DNA of 64,000 nt from Camelus dromedarius (GCF_036321535.1 NC_087437.1:25980001-26044000), one strand, 5' to 3'; counted from the first letter of the stretch, positions 13,301-27,585 are shown. The notes: a model not told the origin generated them from the letters alone. Translations and numbers: made by a program.

Positions 13301-16300
13301 AAAACTATTGTTAGCAGTTTACCTAGCCTTACAACAAATTGGGGATCTGACCACTGACTTAATCCGCCAGTTACGGACTTCCCTGCCTGTGGGTGGATGG
13401 ATTAGGGACAAAAAGGAGGCCTTAGGTTTATCAGGAGGTGAAGGTCTCCTCTTCCATAGGACCTCCAGCCTATGGAGGACCTTCCATAGGTCCTCCTACT
13501 GTAATTCATTGCTTGGTATCTTAATCCTTTGGGGGACCTTGATTATCACCTTCAGTTCTGCCTTTGTAGAGTAACGCACCCCGCACAGACCCAAATCACC
13601 CCCCTGAATCATTAGCACAAGGAGCTGAAGTGAGTTTGCACATGTGGGTTCCCACTGAGGCCCCTGTGAGACAAAATGTATGGTGTCACCCGCTGGGATA
13701 AATACCAAAACAGGGTAGGGGGTGGCAGTTGTGTCCAGTGGTGATCACGACTACAATATTACTTATAAATGAGGATTTATCTTATCTTTTACCCCTAAAA
13801 CATTTGTCTAATTGCCCGTAGTGTTTGCTTCATGGACGCCCAGGCTGCAGTTACCAGAAATGTCTCCCTCTCCTGGCGTCAGCGTACATGGAGGTTCACA
13901 GTGGTTCCGACTGCTGGGTCTGCAGGCTTGCTGCCTGTTTCCAGTGCCGAGAGGATGCCACTGACAGTTCACCTGTTCAACCGCACAGAATGGGAATAAC
14001 GGCTTGGACTGGTGGCCAAAACTCCCCCTAGTGACCTGACTCCTACCGATGAAAGTTGTATGTTTGATGATAGTGATCTAAAACAACATGCGTTCTCCCT
14101 AGTGTGAAACCGGTTAAATGATTGCTGGATTCCCACAGCTTATATTTGGGATGGCTTGGCGTGGTTGGGAGCTGAACAGGGAGTCTTGATGTCAGTAGTC
14201 CCCATCTGCTAAGAAAGGACTAACTATTCCTGAGGGGAAATGAGATCAGGCAAGGGAGAAAGACTTTTCAAGAAAGTCACCCATTGAAGTTCTGTGTAAT
14301 CAAACCTTGTGAATAAGTTATTCTTTAATCTTTTGTAAAAATAATTCTAGTACTGTGGTTCTCTTTCATTGTTAATAAATCATATGTGTTGATTGCTACA
14401 TCATTCAAGGGAGTGAGAGGACTCCAGGATGTTCACTGATAGCACCCCGTCATATTGGCATATTGGTAGTGAAATGAAATGGTTAAACAGTAACATCGCT
14501 GACCCACTCAAGTCAGCATGCTATGGTGTAATGCAGAAAGGGTCATGAAGTCATATTTCTGTCCTGTTTTGAGACAGTTGCCCTTCCCATTAGAAGGCAC
14601 ATAGCTGCTGGGTGTCAGGAAGTAGGGAGGGCTCAGTACTGTCCGAATAAGAGGGAGAGGCCACTGGGGGCCAATAAGCAACCGGCCATGGACAGATTTG
14701 TTTAACACTCAAACTTCCTTGCAGTGACTCCAGAGTTGGTTCTTAAATGCAAACTTGGAATAATGTTGCAGTTAAGAGTTTCTGCACTCAGCATAGACTG
14801 GGATGAGGCAAGAAGACAAAGGGGCTACCAGGAGAGGCTCAGTCAACTAACTTAGAGCATTCTGAGAAAGAGAGGAAGGGAGGAATCTTGACTGAACCAA
14901 ACGGCCTGTCCTATTAACTGTGTCTGTCTGAAAGTTTTTACCTCAAAACCCCAGGGTGTAACTTTGGACTTTGTTATAAATAATTACTGTTTCACTTGAG
15001 TTGACTCTTTAGTAACTCAAGCAGGGTTACATATCACAAGTTTTAATCATTTCCCACAATTTCTTATTGACCTAACGATTTCTGGACTGGGTGGGTCTTA
15101 TCTGTATTTAGTAACCAAGATTCTGGGACTGATTATAGCTAAAATCAAGGAAGCAATCATTTTTTTTTTCTTTTTTACAGAATATCGCTTCAGTTTTATT
15201 TCTGTCTGTCAAGATTCAGTCTCTCGTTACCTCCACTATTCCTGTTTATATTCTCTAGTTTGTTTCTTGTTGATCCATGAGAATTGGCTCTAAACCTCTA
15301 CTCCATAACATCAGAATTATTAACATATAAACCACTGAGGACAGTGCTTCACTTTGTGACAGCAGGAGACACTGAGTACAAAATAGCAGGTCATTCTGGC
15401 CATGACCGGTCAGACCACCACGGTGCTCTTTTTTGCAGGAAGTTGTGTAACTTTGGAATTTCATCAGTGAGTGTAGTCACGTACAGAACTTTGATAATGA
15501 GTCCCTGACATGACCTAGCCCAGGGTGAGCATGTCTGATCCTCTACCGTTCGGGACTATTTAGAGGATGATCATGCAGACAAGTCTTTGGCTGCTCCATC
15601 CCCTTTGGCTGCCCATTAGTGGGTCAAGGCCCTGCTCGTCACCTTCTGGCAGGTAGAGAGGTCATGGGCAGGGGGAGAGAGAAAGCCAGAACTCTAATCT
15701 AGCAAAAGCTTTGATGGTATTGATGTCTACAGTACTATAGGAAAGGGGATTTCTTTTTTTAATGGCAAAGGATTTCAGTTATTCCTTCATTCTTATTCCC
15801 CTCACTCCCTTGAATGATATATAAATCTAGATATATGATTTATTAACACTAAAAGAGAACCACAATACTAGAATTATTTTTACAAAAGATTAAAGAATAA
15901 CTTATTCACAAGGTTTGTTACATAGAACTTCCATGGGTGGCTTTCTTGAAAAGTCTCCCTCCCTTGCCTGATCTCATTCCCTCTTGCTTCTCTTCCATGC
16001 TGGGGTGATGCACTCTGCATAGTGCTTAACGCTTTGATTTGTGTCCAGGTCTTAATTTACAAAAGGTGACTGAGTGATGACAGGAAGAAGCCAATGCCAT
16101 TGAAAGAAAAGTGTATTGTGACTCAAAGATCCCCCGGAAATGAGAGGCAGACCTGTCACAGAGAGTCACATGGAGAGGCACCAGAGTGGCTCAGTAGCAG
16201 GAGCCAGGGGGAAGCATAAGCCACAGGCTTTATTGGGGTTTCTGTGAAAAAGACAAGGCAGGGCACAATAAACAGTTCAGGACTGGCTAGTCTGAATACT

Positions 16301-16861
16301 TCCAGCAGGCTTTAGGGCATGGGGACTGCCTCTGGTCATCTGGTACTTGGCTCAGGTTGATTTAGGGCAAGGAAGTATTGGCTTGGTGTGGAGAGTTAGG
16401 TGATAGATGTTGCTGGGGATATGGACTTGCGATTGTTTGGTTTGTATGTAAAAGTCTGGCTCATTGACAGGTTGTTTACTATCTCTAGGAATTAACTAGC
16501 TCTGGGAATGGCAGTCTCTCCCCAGCTAGCAAGGTCCTCTGAAGATGTCAAAGCATCATAAAATATTGAAAATTAAAAACACAATTAATACATGTTTCAT
16601 ATCTGAATAATCTCTTTGTGTGACTGTTGCCTCAGGTAGACTGGGACTCCTTGGGGAAAATGATTATGCCTGGTTTTATATCGAATTCCAAGCCCTTAGC
16701 ATAGGGCTTGACACAGAGCTTAATAAATATTAAAAGAACGAATAACTGTTAACTACAATAGCAGTTATTCACAATTGTTAGCTGATGACCATGTGCCAGC
16801 ACAGTGCAACAGTCTTATAAATTTTATTTCATTTAATTCTCACAACAACCAATCAGACAGA

Positions 16862-17330
16862 TGTATTCATTTTTCATTGCTGCTGTAAAAAACTGCCACA
16901 AATTTAGTGGCTTAAAACAACATACATTTGTTATCTTACAGTTCTGTATGCCGGAAATCTGACATGTGTGTCACTGGACTAAGATCAAGGTGTCAGTTGG
17001 GGCTGTGTTTCTTTTTGGAGGCTCTAGAGGAGAAGCCGTTTTCTGCCTGTTCCAGTTTCCAGGGGCTGCCCACATTCCTTGGTTCATGGCCCCCTCCCAT
17101 CTTCAAAGTTAACAGTGGCAGGTGGAGTTCTTCTTCCATTGCATCACTGTGACCTCTTTTGCCTCCTCTTCTATTAAGGACCCACCATGACAATCCTGGA
17201 TAATCTCCTTATCTCAAGGTTAGCTGATTAGCAACCTTAGTTCTTCTTTGCAATATAAGCTAACATACTCACAGGTTACAGGGATTAAGATGTGGACATC
17301 TTGGGAGGGGTCATTATTTTGCCTACAGAA
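16862..17330 (-). mobile_element. MaLR LTR (MLT1B/C-type)
   Basis: ccacaaatttagtggcttaaaacaacat...atcaaggtgtcagttggg...gggattaagatgtggacatct. Confidence 0.72.
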
Positions 17331-17917
17331 CACCACTATTAAAAAACAAAATTCAACTGAATAAAATTTGGCTTTATTCATTGACTCACGAGTAGGGCAG
17401 TATCCTGTCTAGCAAGCAGAAGGGAGCTCCGAGGAGTGGTACACAATGAGAATTTTACAGGCAAAAGAGAGCAGGACAAGGAAGTTGCACTAGCAAAGAG
17501 AGGACTGGTGATGGCAAGGCCGTCTTCCTTTAGGGGGCGGCAGGGGTCTGCCAGGCAGATCATCTCACTAGCACTGACCAAGTAATTCCAGCCTAACTGG
17601 TCTAAAATCCCATTCCTGGAAGAAGGCAAAACTGTCATTTTAAGTATTAAATCTCAGTTTTGTGACACCAGAGTTAGCATAAGTGATTCCATTTTGGTCT
17701 ATTGTCCTTTTTACAGATGAAGAAACCATGCATGGGAGAGATTTTATACCTTGCCCAGGACTCCACAGCTAGTGAGTAGAGTAGCTGGAGTTCTATTACA
17801 GGCTTGAGTGACCCAGATAGGCACTGTGCTCCAGAGGTCCTGCGAGCATGGCTCCAGGTCGTGTTAGGCTGGACCTCCGTGGCTCCCTGCACTTTGGAAG
17901 GGGTCTGTCCAGGATTT

Positions 17918-18029
17918 GGTTGTCAGTTGACAAATTCAGAACTTCATTTGCTCTATTTGCATAAAGATGATTGGGTTGTCAGTTGACAGATTCAGAACTT
18001 CATTTTCTCTATTTGCATAAAGACAATCA
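17918..18029. repeat. Two-copy 56-bp tandem duplication
   Basis: ggttgtcagttgaca(a/g)attcagaacttcattt(g/t)ctctatttgcataaaga at 17918 and 17974. Confidence 0.9.
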
Positions 18030-21000
18030 GGTTTAGAGGGCTGATGATTGATTGCAGCCAGACCTGGAGAATAAATCAATATGACAATTTATCATTGGAA
18101 AGTAAAGGGAGATGGGCATATATTATTGGTCTTTTGAAAAGTTTTGTTTATAGATCTACTCACAATATCGTATTTTGAAATACAGTTTTCTTGGGAAGTA
18201 TAAAATTTGAGCAAAAGAGTGTGTATCCATAAAGCATATTCCTTTACTTTTTTTTCTTCGATTTCTTTGCACTAACAATATTTCTGTTTAAAAACAGTAG
18301 TCATCATTAGGATAAGAGCACCTTCCTGTAGTTGTACAGGAGACACATCCAACTGACGCATTCTTAGTCTTTAACTCTTCCCTGTTAAGGATGCATACAA
18401 AGGGCAGCCCTTCCATTCCACTCCACTCACCAAATCACACTTCACATACCAGTTAAATCAGGGTCTATTTTAATAGTCTGTGACTCCTGTCCATCTCCGA
18501 ATTCTAAAGCCTACGATTGTGCTCTTAAATAAATGAAGGAGTGGATGAATTAGGCATTATTCTTGGTGAGATTTGGGCAACATCTTTTTCAGTTTACTGA
18601 AGAATATTCAATTTTATCAGCACTACCTTTACGCTTCTTGTATGCTTCCTGGGGAGGGGGTGACGCTAGTTGCATCCATATTTTACAGGTTCTGGTTAGT
18701 TTCAATATCAAAAAGTGAAGTAGTATTGTTAATTTTGTTTCATGTTACAATAGCATGATTAGTTTATTAATTTTTTAAAGTCTTCTGAAGACACATGTTG
18801 GAGTATTTTGGGTGAAATGATATGATGTCAGGGATTTGCTTTCATGTATTATTTATGAAATTAAGATGTAAAAAAGGGAAAAGTCTGACTTTGGTTTCAG
18901 TTCTCATGCTGAACCCTTTTGTTTAGCCAATTCCTGATTTCAAACACTCTTACTTATTGTCTAAGTTAGAGGCTTATTAGCCAAACCACAAGACATTTTA
19001 AATTCCTTCTCCTTGTTATTTTCGTTGCAGAGGCCACAAAAGCTCGTTTCCAGTCTTCTTTGCAGTTAGAATTAGCCAGACAGTGAGGTAATGAAAACCA
19101 GTGAGACACAGGCAGAAGTTGGCTGGGGCTCCTTCCAAGAGTTCTGCTTCCCTGGTGAAACGAAAAGGTGTGGTTGGTGCCACTCCTTTTCCCTTCTTCT
19201 CCGCTTTCAACCTGGAAGTAATATTTGGAGCTGCAGTAAACATCTTGCAACCATGAGGCAACAGTCACGAGGGAAAGGCCAGAGGCATTAAAGACACTGG
19301 CTCTCACATCATCAAGTTGCTGAACAAACGCTAGTATCCACCTGTCTCCTAACTTAAAGAAAAAAACAATCTGAGACAAACACCACTGGTAATCCCCTCC
19401 TAGCTCGGTTTTCTGTTACGTGTAGCAGAAGGCACCCTGGCTGTTACTATTGCTAGCTGAAAGTTCAGAGCATGAGTCGTTATTTTTGGTTCCGGAAAAC
19501 TAGAGCTTATATGTTCTGAAGCCTGTGATCTTCCAAGCCTACGGGGCAGTACAGTATATGGATTTGCATTTTAAAGACTGATTGCAATGTTTACCAGGAT
19601 ATGAGAATTTCATTTTTTTAAAAAAATGTCTGCAAATGTCACGGTTTAGGGTAAAGTCTTGGATGGTATTTTTTTAAACTGAGCTAGACTTCTGTCTGCA
19701 CCTGCTCTTTTTGGCCCTCTTGCTGACCCCCGCCCCACTGCTGTTTGTTAAAAGCCTTGTTACACCCCTGCAGACTCGACTCTAGGGACAACAGTTTACA
19801 GAAAGAGAAAGCAGCTTATACACAAAGTTTTCCAAGAAAGCTCTTATTTCAAGCTAATTTTCCTGGCACATTCTCCATGAAAGTCTTTAGACGGCCCCCT
19901 GTACACTCCTTCATCCCTGAAGTTTTTCTTCTTTCTGCAACTTTAGCTCTGCCCCTGGACTTGTCAACATTCATGTCAGGCAGACATGCAGTAGGAAAGA
20001 AAGTCGTGGAGTTTTAGGTTGGAATATTAAACTGAAATGATTACATACCTTTAAGGAAAAAAACACAAAGTTCACATATGTCTTAAGAACATCCTTAAAA
20101 TGACTGCCATTGCTTTGGCAAGAAAAAAATCTACTTCCTACTTCGATAGCAACATCAGTGTCATTCTGCCACGTGGACAGAAGACCTGTAAATCCAATCA
20201 AGTTTATATTATATTATTTTATATTATATTATTTGTAATGCAAAATTAAGTTTCCCAAAAAAACCATGTTATAAATCGGGGATTTGTTTCTTGGACAGCA
20301 CCCCCAAATCTCTTCTACTAAGAATGAATACGAATGATTATATGAATAAGGGTCATAATGACTATACCTGGATTATGAATAATATTAGTGTTGGTAGTAA
20401 TATGATGTAGTAGGTAAAAATTATATTTTGGGCTAAGTTTTTGTTTTTGTGAAAAAGGTAGCCCTTATATTCAGAGAGGATTCTGAGGAACAGTCCACAC
20501 TGACCCTCTGCCCCCAGCTTCAGCTGCCCCTTCAGCCCCTCGAAGGCCCCCTAAGGACAAAATACCCACAGAGATGCAGGGCAGCACAGAATATTTTAAA
20601 CAGCATGTGATATACGTGCCCAATGGTTTTCCTGATTTTAAAAATAATTTAAACATTACTGTAACCTCGGCAGAAACAGAAAAGCACAAGAATGAAATAA
20701 ACCTCACTCATAATTTTACCACCTAGACAGAGTCACCATTAACATTTCAGTACATTTCTGTTTAGTCTATATATATTTTTATATATATGGATTATATTTC
20801 AAATACTATTTTGTAAACTCCTTTTGTATCACTTAGTATTATATTATAAGCATTTTCACATTAACAGTTTAAGGCATGAATTTTAAAGTTGGATAATATT
20901 TCAACTGATAAATTTCCTAGTTTTCAAGTTTTCCACTAGCACAAAATAACACAGCGATAAATATTTTTCAGCATTGTTGATAATTTTCTGAGATCAACTG

Positions 21001-21724
21001 GCAGGTAAAATTACGGAGTCAAAATATTAGAATGATTCTGTTGAAAGACCAAAGGACAATGACTTCGTGAATGGTCTAAGGAACTAAGGAACTAAGGAAC
21101 TGATGGAAATCTCAGTAACAAAGATACGTTTTCATATTGAAGGTGCTAATAAAATGTGTTGGAGAAAGGGGAGTTGGGAATGAGAGGAAATAAAGTGTCA
21201 CTTGAATGTGAAAATAAAATTAATTAGAATTGTTACTTTGTTTCTTTTCAGAGTTGTGGAAACAGTTTATACTTCCACCAAAGTCTGTGCACCATCTCAC
21301 TACACTGTTATTGACATTATAGTTGAAAAAAGAAATCTTTGCCAAGTTGATAGCTTCTTCATTCAAAAATTGCCATACTGTTGTTTAAATGCAATTTTTA
21401 AGTAATTTGATTATGAGCAAGTTTAGATATCTTTATAGGTTCAATTGTCATTTGTATTTCATCTTCTATGAATTTTCTGTTCAAATCCTTATGCATATAT
21501 TATATAAATCTAGAAATTACATTTAACTCTAAGATCTTTTATCAGCTCAGACACAGTTACCTAAGTTTGATAAAGAAAATAAAACTAGGGTACCTTGGTC
21601 ATATCAAAGCAGCAATCTTTGAATGAATGAGTGGTGTATCACATCATGTAAACGTCCAGTGGATCTGATATTCTTATATAAACACTGAGTTTAAATACCA
21701 TCACTTCTAATGAATTTGGCTTCC

Positions 21725-21884
21725 CTGTTCACTCGATTACAGGGTAAGTGCTTTCCATTCCAGCACCAAGGTGAACACTGCCATGGCAGTGAAATAACCA
21801 GGTTCCAACATCTCTTGGATACATTTTCACAGTTTAATAGGCCCCAGGAGGGTCATAAACATCAGAGTGATACAGTCCCAAATC
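21725..21884 (-). pseudogene. CP exon 18 homolog (HCHxxxHxxxxM; two stops; donor GT>GG)
   Basis: gttgag|GAT...; DLGLYHSDVYDPPGAY*TVKMYPRDVGTWLFHCHGSVHLGAGMESTYPVIE*T. TAA at 21836-21834, TGA at 21731-21729. The homologous donor reads G|ggaagc. Confidence 0.93.
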
Positions 21885-24544
21885 CTCAACAAAAAGACAA
21901 AACACCATTAAATAGCATATTAGAGGTATCAGTCATTTACACACCTTACCATTTGCTGTAACTCCTCATTTCTGTATATTTTGTTAGGTGATGGTCAGAA
22001 AGCTTTAGGTACCACTGCGCTTCTCCTCTGAGTGCAGCTGAGAGTTTGGAGGAGGAGCAAGTCCCAGGACATTCAGTGACAAGCCACAGGGCAAACATCT
22101 CACTCTAAAAGGATGCCTGTGTTGTTGTCAGTGTTAGCTACCTTTTCAGCATCTCATACAGAACACTCTAGTGCAGAGAACACCAGTTTCACAAATCCCA
22201 AAGTGTGTGTGTGTGGTTTTTTTTTTTTTTTTTTGGTCATCATCATCAGTATTGTTATTGCTATTTTACTTAAAAAAATGGAAATAATCTCAAAGTTACA
22301 AAAAAGTTCAAAGTATAGTGAAAATAGCTTGGTTTTCCTCAGCAACTTCAGAATAAGTTGCTGACATGTTTTCTCATTACTTCCCAAAACTGTGGTATGT
22401 ATATTTTTTATAAACAAGGACCTTCTCCTATATATCCATGACACAATCATCAAAATCAGAAAATTAACACAAATACATTTCACCATCTAATCTGCCACCT
22501 CGTCCCCATATCCCTTGCAGCTTTTGCCAATTGTCCCGACAATGTCATCGTAGGATCCAGTGGGAAACCACTTGTTTCATTTAGCTGTCTTAGCTCCTTA
22601 GACTCCTTCAGTTAGAAATGATTCTTCAGTTTTTTCTTGACTTTCAAAACCTTGTTGCTTGTGAAAAATACAAACCAGTTATTTTGTAGATGTCTCCCTT
22701 TTTTGGTTTGTCTGATGTTTCCTCATGATTAGATTTTTTAAATTGAAGTATAGTCAGTTAACAATATGTCAATTTCTGGTGTACAGTATAGTGTTTCAAT
22801 CATACACATACATACACATATTTGTTTTCATATTCTTTTTCATTATAGGTTACTACAAGATATTGAATATAGTTCCTTGTGCTATACAGTAGAAACTTGC
22901 TGTTTATCCAAGGGTTTTAACTGAAATATTTCTAACTAGGAATGTTGGTGATGTGAAGATGATCGTTTCTCCGGATGCAGCTAATCAGGAAAACTCAGGA
23001 TGACAGGACAGGAGCTATGCCTGCTGTCTGGGGTTGGGCCTGAGGGCTGAGGGCTTCATGGCTATTTTCTCTCCGAAGCAGAGAACCTGATGTTTGGGAG
23101 ACTACCTTGTCCATAGGCTATTTTAATTTTTTTGCATATATGTACATATATTCATTTTCATTAAAGGTTATTACAAGATACTGAAATACCATATGATAAT
23201 ATTCGTATGTGGAAACTAAGCTAAAGTAAACTAAACTAAACTGAAATAAAGAGGACACTAATGAACTCATCTACAAAACAGAAACAGACTCACAGACATA
23301 GTAAACAATCTTATGACTACTGGGGAAAGAGGGTGGGAAGGGATAAATTTGGGAGTTTGAGATTTGCAGATGTTAACCACTATATTTAAAAATAGATTTA
23401 AAAAAAAAAAACAAAATTCCTTCTGTATAGTACAGGGCTATTTTGATTTTGATAAATGGAGCCGGGGGACTGGCTCGGATGGGTTAGGAAGAGAATACAA
23501 ATTTCATGAAGTTCTCTGCATGACAGATAGGAGGTTTTTGGAGGATGGGGGATGTGTTGGAGAGTGCAGCTCAAGGTCAGGAGAGAAGTCAGGTCTGGAA
23601 AGGAAGAACACTGAGAAAGAAGTCTTGAGGGCGAAAGTAAAAAGCAGGAGAGTCAGAGGTTCCCAGCGTGCACAGTGGAGGGATAACTGAAGTCAGGGGA
23701 GGTTAATGTCAAATGGCGGCAACAAATAGTACTGCTTTCACTGTGTAATACAGAAAAAAACCCAAAACCCTCTCACTTACCCTCAAACCCTCACTTGAAG
23801 TCTATGACCCACAATGGCCTTGATTTTGTGCTTGCTTAGGTGAATCACAGGAAAGGGGGGTGCGCTCCAATTTGGAACTCCACCGAGACATGGGAAAATA
23901 CCAGCCACAGGAGGGGAGAAGCAAGGAAGCTGAGCAGAAGCAGGAAATGAGAGCTGGCAGTGGCTAGAAGAAATGCAGGCTCTCCAGACTCCCTGGTGAC
24001 ACTGGGAGATCAGGAGGGGGAAGGCTGCAGTCTCCCGCTGGAGGCAGAGTAGGGGCTTGAGCCATTGCTATTTAGAGAAAATAATTTTGCACTGAAGGTG
24101 ACAATAACATGGATGACACAGGTACACTTCTAAGATGTCATAAAATTTAGAGAACAATATGTAACAATGTTAACTAAGAACTGACAAGGTCCAAGGTACC
24201 AGTAAATGTCCCATGTGTACCTGGAGCCCTGGCAGCAAGGGAAACCACAGCCTTAGAAAATAGGAGGTGATTGGCTGGCTGGTCCCAAGATCCAGCTAGT
24301 AACCCCAGAGGGCTGCTCTGCTGTCCGTAGATGTTCCCGGGAATAAAGCCCAGCAGCTGCATCATTGCTGGAGTAATTAAATCCCTCCTCAAGGGAAGGG
24401 GGAAGACTGCTTGTGACCATCTGTGATGGGGGTAGAGTGAGTGACTAGAGTCTATAGCGGGTGATACCAGGCTCCATGGTATAAATAAGGATCATTCTGA
24501 AGGGATGCAGCTTTGTGAAGAGGTTAAGAGTGAAGGGCTCTGCA

Positions 24545-25090
24545 CTATTTACAATAGCCAACCTAGATGTCCATCGATAGGTGATTGGATAAAGAAGACA
24601 TGGTATATAGACACAATGGAATACTACTCATCCACAAAAAGAATGAAATAATGCCATTTGCAGCAACATGGATGGACCTAGAGATTGTCATACTAACTGA
24701 AGTAAGTCAGACAGAGAAAGACAAATATTATATGGTGTCACTTACATGTGGAATCTTAAAAAAATGATACAAATGAACTTATTTACAAAACAGAAAGAGT
24801 TTCACAAACATAGAAAACAAACTTATGGTTACCAAAGTGGAAAGGAAAGGGGAAGAGATAAATTAGGAGTTTGGATTTAGCAGATACAAACTACTATATA
24901 CAAATAGGTAAATAACAAGGTCCTACTGTATAGCATAGGGAACTATATTTAATATCTTATAATAACCTATGATGAAAAAGAAGATGAAAAAGAATATATA
25001 TATATATATATATGTATAACTGAATTACTATGCTGTACACCAGAAATTACCACAACATTGTAAATCTACTAAACTTTAATACAAAAAAAG
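24545..25090 (+). mobile_element. 5'-truncated L1 (ORF2 end and 3' UTR)
   Basis: Typical L1 3' text (ccatttgcagcaacatggatggacctagag...; tgctgtacaccagaaatt...acattgtaaa) followed by an A tail. Confidence 0.85.
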
Positions 25091-27585
25091 AGTGAGGGGC
25101 TTTGGAGTGAGACCCAAGGGTTCAAGTCCTACATTTAACACTTCCTGCTTCCAGGCAAGTTCTTTGTCTTGTTAACCCTTCATTTCATTTCCCTACAGAA
25201 TGGTGATAAAATAGTCCCTATTTCATAGGAAAGTTGTAGGGGTTTAATGAGAAATCCACGCCAAGCACTCAGCACAGCATCTGCACATACAGACTGAATA
25301 AAGGCCAGCCGTAACTATCATTATAGAAATGCTACCATGCATTCCACTTAACTGGACACCTTATAATACGGTCATTTATGTAGATGTAACCCCTGAAAGA
25401 TAACTGATTTCTTCTCATCTCCTCTCATTAATAGCAACCTTAAAATCTAGGCTTGTCCTTAAAAACATAGAAAGAAGCATGGAAAGGTCATGATTGTTGG
25501 ACCTGGGCAGTGGGTGAAGGGGTTCATTATATTATTCTGTCTACTTTATTATATGAAATTCCCTGTACTAAAAACAGTTTTTAAGCAACAAAAAGAAAGG
25601 CTTAAGAGGGATACATTTGTTTATTAAAGGAAAGAAAGAAACACGCCTGTAAAGCTTTGTGTAAAGTAAGTCATGCACACTTATTTATTTCTATGATAGG
25701 CCCAGAGCATTAAAGAAACTATGAACTGAATAGAATACACCTAGAATTCAGGCAAGCTTTATGTGAAGCTTCTATCTATGTGTAAAAGACAGACTGTGTC
25801 ATGCCAAGTGGTTGGGTTAAAAGTTTGAGGTGTCATGGCATAAAATACAATTAGTCTTCCATTGCACATTCACGTCTATATAAGGGATTAGGATGAGGAA
25901 ATAAAGAGAATTCTCTTTAAGCAAATAAATGAAACTAACTTAAAAAGAGAAAGAGAAAAGATAAAATTGAAAATACTTATAATAAATTAGAGAAACCCCC
26001 ATAGAAAGTGGTCAGTTAAAAAAAACTGTCAAGTTATGACTGGTAGGGTGATGGAAAGCAATTTAGACAGAAGATACAAAGAGACTAAGAACCCATAAAA
26101 TAAAAAAAGACAGCGATAATATGATAATAATAAAGCTACCATAAAACCAGTTGACACCTAGCTCCACATTTTAATTTTATATCAAATGTTAAAGGAATGA
26201 TGGATTTAGAAAGCCACAATTTGTAACCCCCATTATAAAAATTGAGTCAGACAAGGATCCTCAATGGATTCTTTTTAAAACTACAAGATGAAAAATTGTT
26301 GTAGAATAAAATATATAAAAGTCACTTTACAGACTACTTATTAATTGCAACAGGAAGATGACACTTTTAAAATGGGGAGAATGGTACACATCACCTTAAT
26401 AAAGTCATCAAACTTAGCCTTAACAGTATTAGGACCCGCTGCTGTCATGCACCTCTTTTTTTAAATTTTATTTTTTATTGAAGTGTAGTTGGTTTACAAT
26501 GTTGGTTTCAGGGGTACCACACAGCAATTCAGTTATACACATACAAATACATATCATTTCAGATTCTTTTCCATTATACCTTGTTACATGGAATTGAGTA
26601 TAGTTCCCATGCTATACAGTAGGTCCTTGTTTATTTTTTCTTTTCATTTTTCAGTTTTATTAGGTAGAATTGTTACCATTTGACTAAACATATACAGTAT
26701 ATTGCATTGCCATCATGTACCTCTTGATGTGATGTGTGGGAAGTACACGGTATTACCTATGCAGTGTTCTTCCTAAAGATGTTTGATGTGGATCCAGTCA
26801 CGGAGAAACAATTAGAACAATTCAGAATGTGGAACATTCTAGAAAACTGGCCTGGACTCTTCAAACGTGAAATGTCATGAAAGATTAAGAGAAAAAAGGC
26901 AGAAGTCTCCTATTTTAGGAAAGATATGGCAATGACAACCAAATGCTAAGTATAAATTATTAGATCTTGAATTAAAAAAAATTACAAAGAGTGTTTGGGG
27001 GACAACTGGTGGTATTTGAATGGACTGTATGTTAGGTTACGTTATTGAATTAATGTTAACTTTGAGGGGTGTGATACTGTTATTGTGGTTGAGGCAGAGA
27101 TTGTCTTTACTCTTAGGATGCATGTGCATTAGAATTGAGGGGAGAAGAGACATGATGTTTGCAGTTTACTTTCAACTGGATTCAGAAAAATTCACAGAGA
27201 GAGAGAAAGCAAACGTGGCAAAATGTATATGTTTATTCAAGGTATTTTTCTTTTATGTTACTGAGTGTTTGAAAACTAAAAGAATAAGGATAGAAGGGGT
27301 GAAACTAAAGATAGTTATAGATAGATGTCTTTTCACTTCTTCAGTAACGTCAGACTACAGTAAGAAATGCCACTCGTGTGTTCACAAGCACTTCTCGATG
27401 TCTGTGGGATATAAAGTGCTAAATGTATAATTATTCACTGGCATCAGCTATATTGTAGATTGTATGTATTGAACCTCGGTTTTGGCTTGGTCGTTTCCTT
27501 TCCCGTCCTGTTAACTTGCCATGCTGCCCCACCCTTGGATTACAAGTTACCACAGTAATTAAGTGGAGCTGCCCAGGGCTCTTAC

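Larger units (their letters stand above)
9500..14250 (+). mobile_element. Decayed class III (ERV-L/HERV-S-like) provirus: 5' LTR, PBS, gag, pro, RT, RNase H and env remnant; integrase and 3' LTR not seen
   Basis: Protease-like VDSDAQCTLIYGN (11941-11979). RT motifs YHCVLDLSNAFSSRPL, LPHGCLHSPTICH, HCIDDIML (CIDD 12732-12743) and GWEINTDKVQGPGQSVQFLGVMWSG. RNase H/tether-like PIEKLLLAVYLAL. SU-like DCWVC/GLLPVSS at 13909-13945. Many stops and frameshifts; both ends are approximate. Confidence 0.85.

Noticed and set aside
19971..20185. Candidate terminal exon of the paralog (tacag|GT CTT CTG..., phase 1)
   Set aside because: Weak polypyrimidine tract and no recognisable similarity to the CP secreted or GPI tails or to the hephaestin transmembrane tail.
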